NCBI GenBank assembly: GCA_964357615.1
Contig: CAYHMC010000001.1
Span: 2,602-66,601 of the forward strand
Reading direction: 5' to 3'
From: an uncultured Candidatus Saccharibacteria bacterium
Lineage (GTDB): Bacteria; Patescibacteriota; Minisyncoccia; UBA6257; JACOXY01
Length of the DNA stretch: 64,000 nucleotides
The translations under genes and the position numbers were made by a program. Position 1 is the first letter of the stretch, and each line of letters opens with the position of its first letter. The notes under the pieces are model-generated. The model was not told where the DNA came from. It worked only from the letters and a program-made list of their open reading frames with translations, and did not search any database. This document shows positions 38,797 to 48,074 of the stretch, in pieces.

Positions 38797-39519
38797 TTAA
38801 TCGAATTTGGCACTAGTTTGCAACCTTGTATCAAGCAATAATTTCAAATAACTTTTTCCAACTATGTATCCAGCAATTGAACCATATATAATTCCAGCCA
38901 AAAAATCAGATAACCAATGCGCTCCAATTACTGCAACCCCAATTCCAACATAGAGAGCAAATATCATTACTGCGGTTTGAATGAATCTATTTTTCGTAAA
39001 AAGATTTAGCATTGCAACAGAAATTGCAAACGCAACGGATGTGTGTGAAGACGGCCACCCCCAAAAAACTCCACCTTTTAAAAAACCAAAACGAAATACA
39101 TTACTTATGTCAATCGATTCATATGTACCAAATAAATCCGGAGGCACTCTTCCAGTTAGTGATTTATAAAAGAATGAAATTAAAAGTCCAAGTATAGCTG
39201 CTTGAATTATTGCTGAAGCAGTAATTATTAAAATTTTACTCTTAGACATCATGCCAAAAAAAAGCAAAAAAAGAGGTATAAGAATTGGAAAGAGCGCACC
39301 AATTACTAGCGAAGAAAAAAAATAATGTGAAGCACCTGACTTGTGAGTTACTAAATAGAAATTCCAATCAGTTCCGTTTGAAACCAGAATCCAAGTTAAG
39401 ATTATTGCTAATATGTGTAGTGGCAATATAGAAAATCTAAAACAAGAGATTAAATTTTTTATAAAGTCATGAAATAGTGTATTGGTTAAACCAAAAGCAC
39501 CTTTGCTATCATAAGGCAT
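38797..39519 (-). CDS. PAP2-superfamily membrane phosphatase (PgpB/undecaprenyl-diphosphatase-like)
   Basis: Motifs WPSSHTSVAF (PSGH-like) and GAHWLSDFLAG (SRxxxxxHxxxD-like); about 6 TM helices. Confidence 0.75.
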   Translation of the reverse strand: MPYDSKGAFGLTNTLFHDFIKNLISCFRFSILPLHILAIILTWILVSNGTDWNFYLVTHKSGASHYFFSSLVIGALFPILIPLFLLFFGMMSKSKILIITASAIIQAAILGLLISFFYKSLTGRVPPDLFGTYESIDISNVFRFGFLKGGVFWGWPSSHTSVAFAISVAMLNLFTKNRFIQTAVMIFALYVGIGVAVIGAHWLSDFLAGIIYGSIAGYIVGKSYLKLLLDTRLQTSAKFD

Positions 39520-39581
39520 AAAATATTATAGCATAATCATTTCTTGATTATTGGTCTATCAACCCCCAATTTTTGATTAAC

Positions 39582-39845
39582 CTACTGTTTTTTAAGAAGT
39601 TCGTTAAATTTTAACTTGATAACAAAAAATAAATAAATAATTTCCAAAATGCCAGCTGTGTTTAAAATGAGCATCAAAATAAACCAATTATCATCGCCTT
39701 TTCTACTTGAGTGCCAAAGCGCAAGTCCTTTCCAAAAAATACTCCAAATTACCAAAATGATTAGAAGAGGAGCAAATGTCATCATCCAAGAGGGCAACCC
39801 TCCTTGCATAAATGATTTTGAATAAAAATAATTCATATTTTTCAT
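39582..39845 (-). CDS. Small hypothetical membrane protein (2 TM)
   Basis: ORF plus hydrophobicity only. Confidence 0.35.
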   Translation of the reverse strand: MKNMNYFYSKSFMQGGLPSWMMTFAPLLIILVIWSIFWKGLALWHSSRKGDDNWFILMLILNTAGILEIIYLFFVIKLKFNELLKKQ

Positions 39846-39946
39846 TATATGACAGTTTGCTTTTTAATCAATGATCTAATTAAGCTAAATTAAAATTTGA
39901 GTTATCTATTGACAATTAAAAATAAATGTAATATAATTACTATATA

Positions 39947-40510
39947 ATGAATAACTTTAAAAGAGGTGACTTTAGAGATAACAGAGGTGACTCTGGAGGT
40001 CGCCCAAAATTTGGCAATAGATTTGGCGGAGGAGGAGGTAGGAGAGATGGGGGTGATAGGGGCGATAGGCAAAGGAGAAGCCCAGAGCTTTTTCAAGCGG
40101 TTTGTGCAGAGTGTAGAAAACAATGCCAAGTTCCTTTTAAACCAACTGGTGATAAACCGGTCTATTGTCGCGACTGTTTTAATAAGCAGGGATATAAACC
40201 AGGACGAAATTCAAACGGCGCCGACGGTCCTCGCCCAGATTTTCGTAGAGAATTTGCTCCAGCCCACAATGAGCAAAGAGAATTTTCACAACCACAAAGC
40301 AATCCACAAAGCAATCCCCAAAGCAATATAGGAGTTGAAGCTCTTTACCGAAAACTTAGTTCTCTTGAAGCAAAGGTAAATCAAATTTTTGATATTTTAA
40401 ATAAAAAACCAGTCGTTTTGCCAGTTCCCAAGGCTGAAAAAGTTATTCCACTAGCAACAAAAAAACTAAAAGCAAAAATCTCTAAAGCGAAAATAAGTAA
40501 AAAGAAATAA
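39947..40510 (+). CDS. RGG/Arg-Gly-rich protein with a CxxC-x17-CxxC zinc ribbon and a QSNP tandem repeat
   Basis: N-terminal GDFRDNRGDSGGRPKFGNRFGGGGGRRDGGDRGDRQRR, then CAECRKQCQVPFKPTGDKPVYCRDCF, then QSNPQSNPQSNI. Confidence 0.5.
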   Translation: MNNFKRGDFRDNRGDSGGRPKFGNRFGGGGGRRDGGDRGDRQRRSPELFQAVCAECRKQCQVPFKPTGDKPVYCRDCFNKQGYKPGRNSNGADGPRPDFRREFAPAHNEQREFSQPQSNPQSNPQSNIGVEALYRKLSSLEAKVNQIFDILNKKPVVLPVPKAEKVIPLATKKLKAKISKAKISKKK

Positions 40511-40551
40511 AAAAGCTGACTTAATAAGTCAGCGAGTGTTCGTCCATTTTA

Positions 40552-40905
40552 TTAGATTCCCAAAATAAAACGGTTATAAAGTGCAAATGGAACAATTTGG
40601 TATCGACATAAAAAATATTCAGAACTTACGATAGATCCAAATGGAGTATCGTTGTCTAAACACCAACGTTCAATTTCGTCGCAAAGCACCGCGATTAACG
40701 CATTTCGCATTCCAAAAGAGAATGTGGCTGTAAAATCATGAAATTCCTCGACTGAACAAATGTCAGTACCTGGTCGTTTAAAAGCAGACAAAAAAGATTC
40801 CTTCCAAGATGCGTTCTCTTCTATCGCTCTATATAAACCGCCTAAGCTTCTATTGATTTCATCCGAAGCTACTAACTGACCATTTTCAGTTTTTATCCAA
40901 CCCAT
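40552..40905 (-). CDS. Hypothetical protein (start trimmed to MGWIK; the ORF track gives 40552..41031)
   Basis: It lies in a GC-elevated patch. It may be a second gene, or a frameshifted continuation of 40967..41344. Confidence 0.3.
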   Translation of the reverse strand: MGWIKTENGQLVASDEINRSLGGLYRAIEENASWKESFLSAFKRPGTDICSVEEFHDFTATFSFGMRNALIAVLCDEIERWCLDNDTPFGSIVSSEYFLCRYQIVPFALYNRFILGI

Positions 40906-40966
40906 AGTTAGAATTTGCTCTACAACTGAAGTCTCTGTCATGCAGCTCGCCCTTTCCTTTCTTGAT

Positions 40967-41344
40967 CTAGAAGCAATAAGTTTGGCGTAGTGCAGAAAGT
41001 CCAGTTTCGGGAAGAAGTTCTCCGTCTGCAAATTTGTAATTTACCCTATTTTGAATTTCGCCGGTTGTTTTATTTCTACTAAGTAGAAAAACACCCCTTG
41101 GTCCATGACCAGATCCATCATCCGTCCAGTGTGCTTTGCCACTTGAAAAGAGAAGTTCAATATCTCCAACTTCTATAACATTGCATGCAAGGGCAGTAAT
41201 GTTGTATCCGGCTCTAGTTAGAATGTCTTGCCATTTCTCTATGGTAGGCCCCCAGTTAAACGAATACTTAATTCCAAGAATTCTTAGTGTTACGATAAAT
41301 CGTCGAAACTCGCTATCGGCATTTGAGATTCTGTCCTCGTTCAC
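40967..41344 (-). CDS. Hypothetical protein with a GTG start, in a GC-elevated patch
   Basis: 125 aa. ...VIEVGDIELLFSSGKAHWTDDGSGHGPRGVFLLSRN... has no family assignable by eye. It overlaps the downstream ORF out of frame. Confidence 0.35.
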   Translation of the reverse strand: MNEDRISNADSEFRRFIVTLRILGIKYSFNWGPTIEKWQDILTRAGYNITALACNVIEVGDIELLFSSGKAHWTDDGSGHGPRGVFLLSRNKTTGEIQNRVNYKFADGELLPETGLSALRQTYCF

Positions 41345-41562
41345 TTTCCTTCCTTGTTTCGATGCTTATAAATTACTAAAAGATAAAATATCACAGGATA
41401 TCTATTATGTCAAATATAATATATAAAACTATACTTAAGATTAAGTTTCTTTTTAAAATTTAAATAGATACTTGCGGTTGGTATATATTTATTAATGTTC
41501 GTAGATATTAATGAATAATAGTTTACTATTACATTTTTTATATTTATAAATTCAATTAAATT

Positions 41563-41591
41563 ATTGACTAGAAATAATATAATTGTTAGTA
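41563..41591 (+). promoter_or_regulatory. Sigma70-like promoter (TTGACT-N17-TAGTAT) followed by an AGGAG RBS, for small ORF 41622
   Basis: ttgactagaaataatataattgttagtat, then aaaggagc 9 nt before the ATG. Confidence 0.45.
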
Positions 41592-41621
41592 TGGGGTAAG
41601 TTTTAGAAAGGAGCTACATCA

Positions 41622-41828
41622 ATGGTGCGAGTTTGGACTAAAGATGAAATTCTAAAAATGTGGCCCCAAGCGGAAGGGGAATTAATTGTATTTCAGAGAG
41701 TACTTGAAGCTAAATCAGGGCTTACAGCATCCCAACTTGGAATGGCACTTCAGCTTGCAAGAGCAGAGTTTGGAAAAATTAAGAGTGAAGAACCCACTGG
41801 CGTTCTCGATTGCTTTCTGGAGAGCTAA
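41622..41828 (+). CDS. Small hypothetical protein (68 aa)
   Basis: It has a good promoter, an RBS and a terminator hairpin, and its GC content is above the local background. Confidence 0.45.
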   Translation: MVRVWTKDEILKMWPQAEGELIVFQRVLEAKSGLTASQLGMALQLARAEFGKIKSEEPTGVLDCFLES

Positions 41829-41837
41829 ATTTATATA

Positions 41838-41882
41838 AGGTCCATTTAAGGGACCTCGCTAACCGAGAACGGTTATTTTTTA
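41838..41882. terminator. Bidirectional terminator region (two hairpins, then a T-run) between 41622(+) and the sigma factor gene (-)
   Basis: aggtccatttaagggacct and aaccgagaacggtt followed by attttttat. Confidence 0.5.
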
Positions 41883-41918
41883 TAAATAAAAAGATTCGAT
41901 AATATTTTTTATGATTAT

Positions 41919-42434
41919 TTACGCACTAGGATATATAAGTTTAAGTTTTTCTAATCCTCGGTGGGCAAGTACTGCCATAGAATTTTTTGATTGGCCTGTT
42001 ATTAATGACATTTCTTTGAGTGACAAATCTTGCACATATTTCATTCGCATCACTTTCTGATATTTTAAAGGAAGACGCGCTATCAATAGAAGGGCTGCCT
42101 TGCCGTCTAAAATTTTAAGTAATTTTTCGGAGTCATTAATCTTTGGTTCAAAACCCTTTTCAAACATAACATCAAGCGATGTTGTTTTATGCTTTCTATA
42201 CTCATCTATTATAAGATTATTTAAAACATGGTAAAGAAATGCTTTCATTATTTCAATTTTACCGCCTTTTACAAGATAAACCCATGTTTTTAAGAAAGTG
42301 TCTTGAACTAATCCTTCGCCAAGTTCTCGGTTATTTAGCTTAAAGAAAGCATGAGAATTAAGCCCCTTTTCATAATCATGGTGGGCGGAAGTTATTGCTT
42401 TATTTTGTTTCGAATTTTTCTGCTCTTGTTCCAT
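41919..42434 (-). CDS. ECF-type RNA polymerase sigma factor (sigma-70 family, regions 2 and 4)
   Basis: ...LVQDTFLKTWVYL... fits region 2. ...LPLKYQKVMRMKYVQDLSLKEMSLITGQSKNSMAVLAHRGLEKLK fits the region 4 HTH. Confidence 0.85.
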   Translation of the reverse strand: MEQEQKNSKQNKAITSAHHDYEKGLNSHAFFKLNNRELGEGLVQDTFLKTWVYLVKGGKIEIMKAFLYHVLNNLIIDEYRKHKTTSLDVMFEKGFEPKINDSEKLLKILDGKAALLLIARLPLKYQKVMRMKYVQDLSLKEMSLITGQSKNSMAVLAHRGLEKLKLIYPSA

Positions 42435-42644
42435 TGGTATTATGCCGAGTTTATGCTGGTTTTATTACACTAGAATTACAGTAAAGCTATAACATTAAAA
42501 TCAGCCCCGCTATTATCAGGGTTTTTAATAACTAGTTATGTAAAGGTTCATTACAGAAATATTACAGGAGTGTAGTATATGAGGAAGTAACTTGCCTTGT
42601 TCTCAACATAGCACAGTGAGTTTTTTAATACAAATATGCAATAA

Positions 42645-43202
42645 ATGCAGTTGATATACGGCAGTATGTGTATGAAAAAAGAAAATAAAAGTATTTCAGG
42701 AAATATGAGTTTGAAAAATTATAGTGTATATATAGTAATTTCAATTCTATCGCTTTTTTTGTTTGGCATGATTCTCTACCGCGCAAATGCAGATTTTATG
42801 AGCGATAAGTATCCTAGCGCAATAACGGCGACAATCTATAAAAATGATGTGATTCGTGATAATCCAAATGTAGAAATGATAGCAGGCGTTTCTAGACCAA
42901 TTAAAGAGCCAACATCCGAAGTTCATATTGCCAATAATGGCTTAATGCTTTTGCGTGGAACGCGAGTTATTTCAGTTGATAACAGTTCCAATTTTAATAG
43001 TATTATCCGCGTAATAATATCGTGGGGTTCAATTGATTCTATTTGGGAAGTGAATACAAATTTGTCTACTGAGCTTATAAAGTCAGATGGCAAAACTGGA
43101 ACAATGAGCGATATAGAAGTTGGGGATATAGTTACTGTAACTGGTAATTTAGTTAGAAATGGACCAGAGCCAATAATAAGCGCCGTATTTATCAGGAAGT
43201 AA
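42645..43202 (+). CDS. Membrane-anchored hypothetical protein with a C-terminal beta domain
   Basis: TM helix, then GDIVTVTGNLVRNGPEPIISAVFIRK, similar to the C-terminus of CDS 37178. It is divergent from the sigma factor gene, so it is not a canonical anti-sigma partner. Confidence 0.4.
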   Translation: MQLIYGSMCMKKENKSISGNMSLKNYSVYIVISILSLFLFGMILYRANADFMSDKYPSAITATIYKNDVIRDNPNVEMIAGVSRPIKEPTSEVHIANNGLMLLRGTRVISVDNSSNFNSIIRVIISWGSIDSIWEVNTNLSTELIKSDGKTGTMSDIEVGDIVTVTGNLVRNGPEPIISAVFIRK

Positions 43203-43247
43203 ATTGAATATTTTGTAATAATTAATAATAACTTTCGGCTTAAATTT

Positions 43248-43841
43248 ATGAACACAAACATTAATAATACAGAGTCAAATAAGGCAGAAGCATTTGTGAT
43301 GCCTTCTGGTAATGAATTCTTGGGTCGTTTTTGGGAGCAAAGTTGGACATATCTTAAGACGGTAGTAGACGTCGTTCGAGAACCAATTTTGGTTTTAGAT
43401 AAAGATCTTTGCGTGATGGCAGCTAATGAAGCTTTTTATAAAATGTTTCAGGTTGAAAAGGAAGATACAGAGAAAAAAAATATTTATAAATTAGGCAATG
43501 GTCAGTGGAATATTCCTGCGCTATGTAAATTACTTGAAGATATTTTGCCTAAGAATACCTTTTTTAAAGGATTTGAAGTTACACACGAGTTTCCGCATAT
43601 TGGACGAAAAGTAATGATTTTAAATGCTAGAAAAATTCATTTTGAAAAAGATTTTGCAACAGACGCTTTTCCTCCAATAATTTTACTTGCTATAGAAGAT
43701 ATAACAGAAATGATGGTTGTTGCTGAGACTCTTGCTAGTCACGCAAATCAATTAGAGGTTAAGTTAACAGAGCGAACAGCAAAATTGGAAATTCATATTA
43801 AGAAATTAGAAAAAGAAATTAAAGAACTTAAAAATAAATAA
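43248..43841 (+). CDS. PAS-domain protein with a C-terminal coiled coil
   Basis: VVDVVREPILVLDKDLCVMAANEAFYKMFQ...GRKVMILNARKI has a PAS-like pattern, followed by a heptad-repeat tail. Confidence 0.5.
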   Translation: MNTNINNTESNKAEAFVMPSGNEFLGRFWEQSWTYLKTVVDVVREPILVLDKDLCVMAANEAFYKMFQVEKEDTEKKNIYKLGNGQWNIPALCKLLEDILPKNTFFKGFEVTHEFPHIGRKVMILNARKIHFEKDFATDAFPPIILLAIEDITEMMVVAETLASHANQLEVKLTERTAKLEIHIKKLEKEIKELKNK

Positions 43842-43955
43842 GTTTTTGTAATTTTCTTAGATTAATAACGGCTTTATTTATGATGGTATAGTCGATAATC
43901 CATAAAATAATTCCCGTTGTTTACACAGCTAATTTTAAACTAAAAATAAAAACAT

Positions 43956-44204
43956 ATGGGAATTATTTTATGGATTATATTCGGAGCATTAGTTGGTTGG
44001 GTCGCGTCTTTGATAATGAAAACCGACGGGGAACAGGGGACTGTTTTAAATGTTCTTGTTGGAATTCTAGGTGCCGTTATCGGTGGTTGGTTGATGAACA
44101 TGCTTGGTGAGGGTGGAGTTCAAGGGCTTAGTTTGTATAGTTTTCTGGTCGCGTTGCTTGGGGCTTGTTTACTTATAGCAATGGTAAAAATATTAAGGCG
44201 TTAA
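43956..44204 (+). CDS. GlsB/YeaQ/YmgE-family transglycosylase-associated membrane protein
   Basis: MGIILWIIFGALVGWVASLIM...GILGAVIGGWL...; 82 aa, a typical family signature. Confidence 0.8.
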   Translation: MGIILWIIFGALVGWVASLIMKTDGEQGTVLNVLVGILGAVIGGWLMNMLGEGGVQGLSLYSFLVALLGACLLIAMVKILRR

Positions 44205-44221
44205 GCTAAATATAAATTATT

Positions 44222-44404
44222 ATGGATTCAAATAAACTACCTACCACTAAATATTTACTTAAAAAGTATAAAAAATTAAATTCGCAATATAAGAAATTAA
44301 ATGCACGCAAGGGTTATGTAAGCTGGAAATTCAAAAAAATAAATTGGAAAAAAGAATTAGCAAATTCACAAAACAAGATCAATAAATTATTTAAAGATCT
44401 TTAA
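44222..44404 (+). CDS. Small basic hypothetical protein (60 aa)
   Basis: ORF only; Lys-rich. Confidence 0.25.
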   Translation: MDSNKLPTTKYLLKKYKKLNSQYKKLNARKGYVSWKFKKINWKKELANSQNKINKLFKDL

Positions 44405-44448
44405 GTTAAAAATTAAATTATTAAAAAATATTATTAAAATAAAATAAA

Positions 44449-44805
44449 ATGGATTCATATAATTCACCAACAACAAAATCACTATTTAAAGGAACTCAAA
44501 TCGTATGGTATGTCGTTTCTGTTCTTTCGGTAGTACTTGCATTTCGTTTTGTACTAAAACTAACAGGAGCAAACCCAAATGCAGGATTTACAAATTTCAT
44601 CTATTCAATAACATGGCCATTCGCAGCTCCTTTCAATGCAGTATTTCCAAAAACCATTGTTGAGGGCAGTATTTTTGAATGGACAACACTCTTGGCAATA
44701 ACAGTATATTGGATGGTTGCCATTGCAATAGTGCAACTTTTTTTGATGAGCAAAACAGTTTCAATACCAGAGGCTGCGTCTGGTCTAAAAGATCAGGAAA
44801 GTTAG
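44449..44805 (+). CDS. YggT/Ycf19-like small membrane protein
   Basis: 2 TM helices; ...VLAFRFVLKLTGANPNAGF... resembles the YggT family FxLR motif region. Confidence 0.45.
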   Translation: MDSYNSPTTKSLFKGTQIVWYVVSVLSVVLAFRFVLKLTGANPNAGFTNFIYSITWPFAAPFNAVFPKTIVEGSIFEWTTLLAITVYWMVAIAIVQLFLMSKTVSIPEAASGLKDQES

Positions 44806-44987
44806 AAAATATATAAATGTAATATTTTTATCTTTGAGACGGCCTTGTTAATAGAGGTATATACATAATACATAAGTGGGTCGAGTGTACAAGACGAATG
44901 AAGGTGAGGATGTACTGAGACCAGAAGGTCGAATGTAAAAATTACACAATAAAAATATCAAAAATTAAATCAAAAAAATAAAATAAA

Positions 44988-45665
44988 ATGAACAAAATAA
45001 AATCTTACTTTCTTTTTGGGGGAGTGGTAGTGACGGCATTCGTCTTCTCATTCTTCGCGGTTTCAAATTCATACGCGATGATATCTAGCTCTTTAGATTT
45101 GGGCTCAACGGGTTCTCAAGTCACAGAACTTCAAACATATCTTTCTACTAATGTTAATATTTATCCACAAGGGATAATATCAGGATATTTTGGTCTTCTT
45201 ACTCAATCGGCCGTCCAGCGTTTTCAGACTGCCCAAGGAATAGTCTCAAGTGGTAGTCCAGCTACTACGGGCTACGGTAGAGTAGGACCAATGACAAGAG
45301 CAAGAATTAATAGTCTTTTGGGTTTTGGTGTCCAACAATCATGGGATACAGTACCAACACTTAGTAATCCTGTGGTTACTTATACAAATACCACTGCTAC
45401 TTTTACATGGACTACTAATGAATTAACACAAGGACAAGTTTATTGGAGCCTAACTCCATTACAATTTACTGAAGAAGATGAATCACGCCAGCAATCATAT
45501 GTAGGTGGTATATTAGCGCTTGATGCCGGTGGTTTACAAGTAAATCACACAGTTACGGTTTCAAATCTTCAGGCAAATACAACTTACTATTATCTCGTTA
45601 GGTCTATTGATATCGCGGGAAATGTGAGTATTGTATGGCCAAGCTTCTTTCACACCAATCAATAA
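44988..45665 (+). CDS. Secreted protein with a peptidoglycan-binding domain (PG_binding_1) and an Fn3-like domain
   Basis: Signal/TM, then GSTGSQVTELQTYLSTNVNIYPQGIISGYFGLLTQSAVQRFQTAQGI (PG-binding repeat), then TFTWTTNE...YYYLVRSIDIAGNVS (Fn3-like). Confidence 0.65.
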   Translation: MNKIKSYFLFGGVVVTAFVFSFFAVSNSYAMISSSLDLGSTGSQVTELQTYLSTNVNIYPQGIISGYFGLLTQSAVQRFQTAQGIVSSGSPATTGYGRVGPMTRARINSLLGFGVQQSWDTVPTLSNPVVTYTNTTATFTWTTNELTQGQVYWSLTPLQFTEEDESRQQSYVGGILALDAGGLQVNHTVTVSNLQANTTYYYLVRSIDIAGNVSIVWPSFFHTNQ

Positions 45666-45683
45666 TTGAGTTCGATATTGATT

Positions 45684-45711
45684 TAAAAATCACCGCAATA
45701 CCGGTGATTTT
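45684..45711 (+). terminator. Rho-independent terminator after CDS 44988..45665
   Basis: aaaaatcaccgcaataccggtgattttt. Confidence 0.65.
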
Positions 45712-45792
45712 TAGACAGCTGATATTCAAATACTATATTACTTAAAGCATTCAATAAAAGGTCGTATTAAAAATTAAATTATTCAAAATTTT

Positions 45793-45981
45793 ATGACAAA
45801 CAAAAATGACAATTATGATCAAGAAGCGGAAGGAGCAAAAACACAAATTCCAACTGCACCAGCAGATAATGAAAAAATAAATGTTGTAACTCCACCGTTA
45901 TCCTCAATTCCTTCGTTAGATGATAAAAAAGAGAAGAAGGAACCTTCGGTTGTTACAGCAGATTCATCCTCAATGCAATAA
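45793..45981 (+). CDS. Small hypothetical acidic protein (62 aa)
   Basis: ORF only; followed by a strong hairpin. Confidence 0.25.
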   Translation: MTNKNDNYDQEAEGAKTQIPTAPADNEKINVVTPPLSSIPSLDDKKEKKEPSVVTADSSSMQ

Positions 45982-46008
45982 TTATTTCTATAAGAAATAA
46001 TTAATAAA

Positions 46009-46042
46009 CTAAAACTCACCGCTTTATAGTGGTGAGTTTTAG
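46009..46042. terminator. Bidirectional terminator hairpin between 45793(+) and 46069(-)
   Basis: ctaaaactcaccgctttatagtggtgagttttag, a 12-bp stem. Confidence 0.65.
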
Positions 46043-46068
46043 TTTATTATAATATCGCTTTTAAGGGT

Positions 46069-46740
46069 CTATCTATAATTTCTTCCATCGCCACTTACTG
46101 GTATTTGATCTCCAAGATATTTTGGTTTTCTTCTAAATATCAAATCCAATACAGCTTTTTCATTTGCAAATATTTCACGAACATAATTACGAGTAAGTAG
46201 GTGACCTACATCAGCGTTTACTCCGTATGATGTAATACCCAGTGCGTGAGCAATAAATATTGCGCGGGGTAAATGAAATGATTGGGTTACAATAAGTATT
46301 GAGGTGACGCGGAAAATATCACGTGCACGGTAGACCGTGCTGTAGGTATCAAATCCCGCATGATCAAGAAAAATATCTTCATCTAAAACACCATTTTGGA
46401 TAAGATATTTGCGGACAGGATTTACCTCATTGTAATTTAATGTGCTATTGTCACCGGAAACTAGAATCTTTTTTACTTTATTTATTTTGTAAAGCTTTAT
46501 AGCCATGTCCGCACGATCTTCAAAAACAGGGGAAAGAGAGCCATTGATTTTTATAGCAGCACCTGGAATAAGGGCAACCTCTGCACTAGGCGCTTCCGAA
46601 GCACTATTATAAATATAGGACCTAGTTGTTAGATGAATTATCACATTTATAAAAAAAATAATAAGAATAACAAATCCAATGCACACGAAGGTATAATAAA
46701 AAAATTGCTTCCAGATTTTAATATTATTTAGTTTTATCAT
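46069..46740 (-). CDS. SanA/YdcF (DUF218) family membrane-anchored protein
   Basis: ALIPGAAIKINGSLSPVFEDRADMAIKLYKINKVKKILVSGDNS...DTYSTVYRARDIF matches the DUF218 core. Confidence 0.75.
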   Translation of the reverse strand: MIKLNNIKIWKQFFYYTFVCIGFVILIIFFINVIIHLTTRSYIYNSASEAPSAEVALIPGAAIKINGSLSPVFEDRADMAIKLYKINKVKKILVSGDNSTLNYNEVNPVRKYLIQNGVLDEDIFLDHAGFDTYSTVYRARDIFRVTSILIVTQSFHLPRAIFIAHALGITSYGVNADVGHLLTRNYVREIFANEKAVLDLIFRRKPKYLGDQIPVSGDGRNYR

Positions 46741-46769
46741 ATTAGAAGAAACCTATTTTTAAATAATAG

Positions 46770-48002
46770 CTAAGCATTGCTTCCTGCTATATAACCGGTT
46801 GTCCAGCATAATTGAAGTGAATACCCACCAGAGGGTCGACTAATGTGTAGTAAATCTCCTGTTATGAATAAATTGCTATATAGCTTAGATTGCATTGTGC
46901 GAGTATCTATTTCCTTAAGAGAGACGCCACCGTCTGCAACTACTGCACGGTCATAACCCATAAGACCAGTTATTGTTATGGGTAACGCCTTTAGCATATT
47001 AACAATTTCCCGCTTTTTGTCTTTGGTGATGCTGTGTATTTTAATGTTTGAATCCATTTCATTTAAGAGTGGCAATAAGGCGTGTCCAGTTCCAAGTGGA
47101 GCAATCTCGTTCCACACATTTTTAAGAGTTTTATTTTTATTTAAGTCAAAAATTGAAGTAATTTTTTTAGTAAGAGAGCCAATATCGTTTTTTGGATATG
47201 TATCAATTTGTGCTGTAACAATTCCAGCATGCAATAAATCGGCAATCTTTCCAGCCGTATTTAAAATAAGTGGTCCAGACATGCCAAAATGTGTGCATAA
47301 AATATTTCCACTTAGTGAAATCTTCTTTTTCCCATCTAGAAAAAAATTAATACTCACATTAGAAAGTGTGGTTCCTGCAAGTTTTTTTACCCACTCGTCT
47401 TTGACTGCTAGTGGTACAATGGTCGGAGTTGGTTTTTTAATTGTATGACCCAGTCTTTTTAACCATGCAAAACCATCTCCTGTAGAACCAGTTTCTGGGT
47501 GTGACATACCACCTGTCGCCAAAATAAAAGAAGTGGCGGTAATTTTTTTACCGTCTAAAATTATATCGCTAATATTAGAATTATGGCCATTTATTTTTGA
47601 TACATTTGCTTTGGTGTGTATTTGAACCCCATTCCTTCTAATGTATTCTTGAAGCACCCTAAAGACATCAATTGCTTTTTCTGTTTTAGGAAATACTCTT
47701 TTGCGGGCTTGCACTACAAGTGGTAATTTGCGAGATTCAAAAAAAGAAAAAGTATTTTGAATTCCAAATTGAGAAAAAGGGGAGTGTAAAAACGATTTTT
47801 CTTTACCATAATTTGACAAAAATATTTGCTCATCTTTTTCAGCATTTGTGATATTGCATCTGCCACCTCCGGTAATTTTAAGTTTAGCTCCAAGAACGGA
47901 GTTTTTTTCAAGTAATAAAACTTTTTTACCAAGCTCTCCGGCTCGTCCTGCCGACATCATGCCAGATGCACCTCCACCAATTACAATAACATCATAATTC
48001 AT
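46770..48002 (-). CDS. HI0933-like (BaiN/aminoacetone-oxidase-family) NAD(P)/FAD-dependent flavoprotein
   Basis: N-terminal YDVIVIGGGASGMMSAG (FAD GxGxxG) and TGGGRCNITN, the family signature. Confidence 0.85.
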   Translation of the reverse strand: MNYDVIVIGGGASGMMSAGRAGELGKKVLLLEKNSVLGAKLKITGGGRCNITNAEKDEQIFLSNYGKEKSFLHSPFSQFGIQNTFSFFESRKLPLVVQARKRVFPKTEKAIDVFRVLQEYIRRNGVQIHTKANVSKINGHNSNISDIILDGKKITATSFILATGGMSHPETGSTGDGFAWLKRLGHTIKKPTPTIVPLAVKDEWVKKLAGTTLSNVSINFFLDGKKKISLSGNILCTHFGMSGPLILNTAGKIADLLHAGIVTAQIDTYPKNDIGSLTKKITSIFDLNKNKTLKNVWNEIAPLGTGHALLPLLNEMDSNIKIHSITKDKKREIVNMLKALPITITGLMGYDRAVVADGGVSLKEIDTRTMQSKLYSNLFITGDLLHISRPSGGYSLQLCWTTGYIAGSNA

Positions 48003-48074
48003 AGAATTTTATACTAACAAGTTGCGATAATTTACAGACCAATTTATTTTCTTACTACAGTTATTTGGTTCAAA

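Noticed and set aside
42645-43202. Membrane-anchored protein near the ECF sigma factor, considered as the cognate anti-sigma factor
   Set aside because: The gene is divergent from the sigma factor gene rather than co-transcribed downstream. It has no recognisable anti-sigma (zinc-finger/RskA-like) N-terminal domain.
44860-44945. Moderately GC-rich structured stretch (gggtcgagtgtacaag...gaaggtcgaatg), considered as a tRNA or small RNA
   Set aside because: It has no TTCGA T-loop consensus and no 7-bp acceptor pairing that I can fold. It is more likely 5-prime UTR structure of CDS 44988. I cannot support an RNA gene call.
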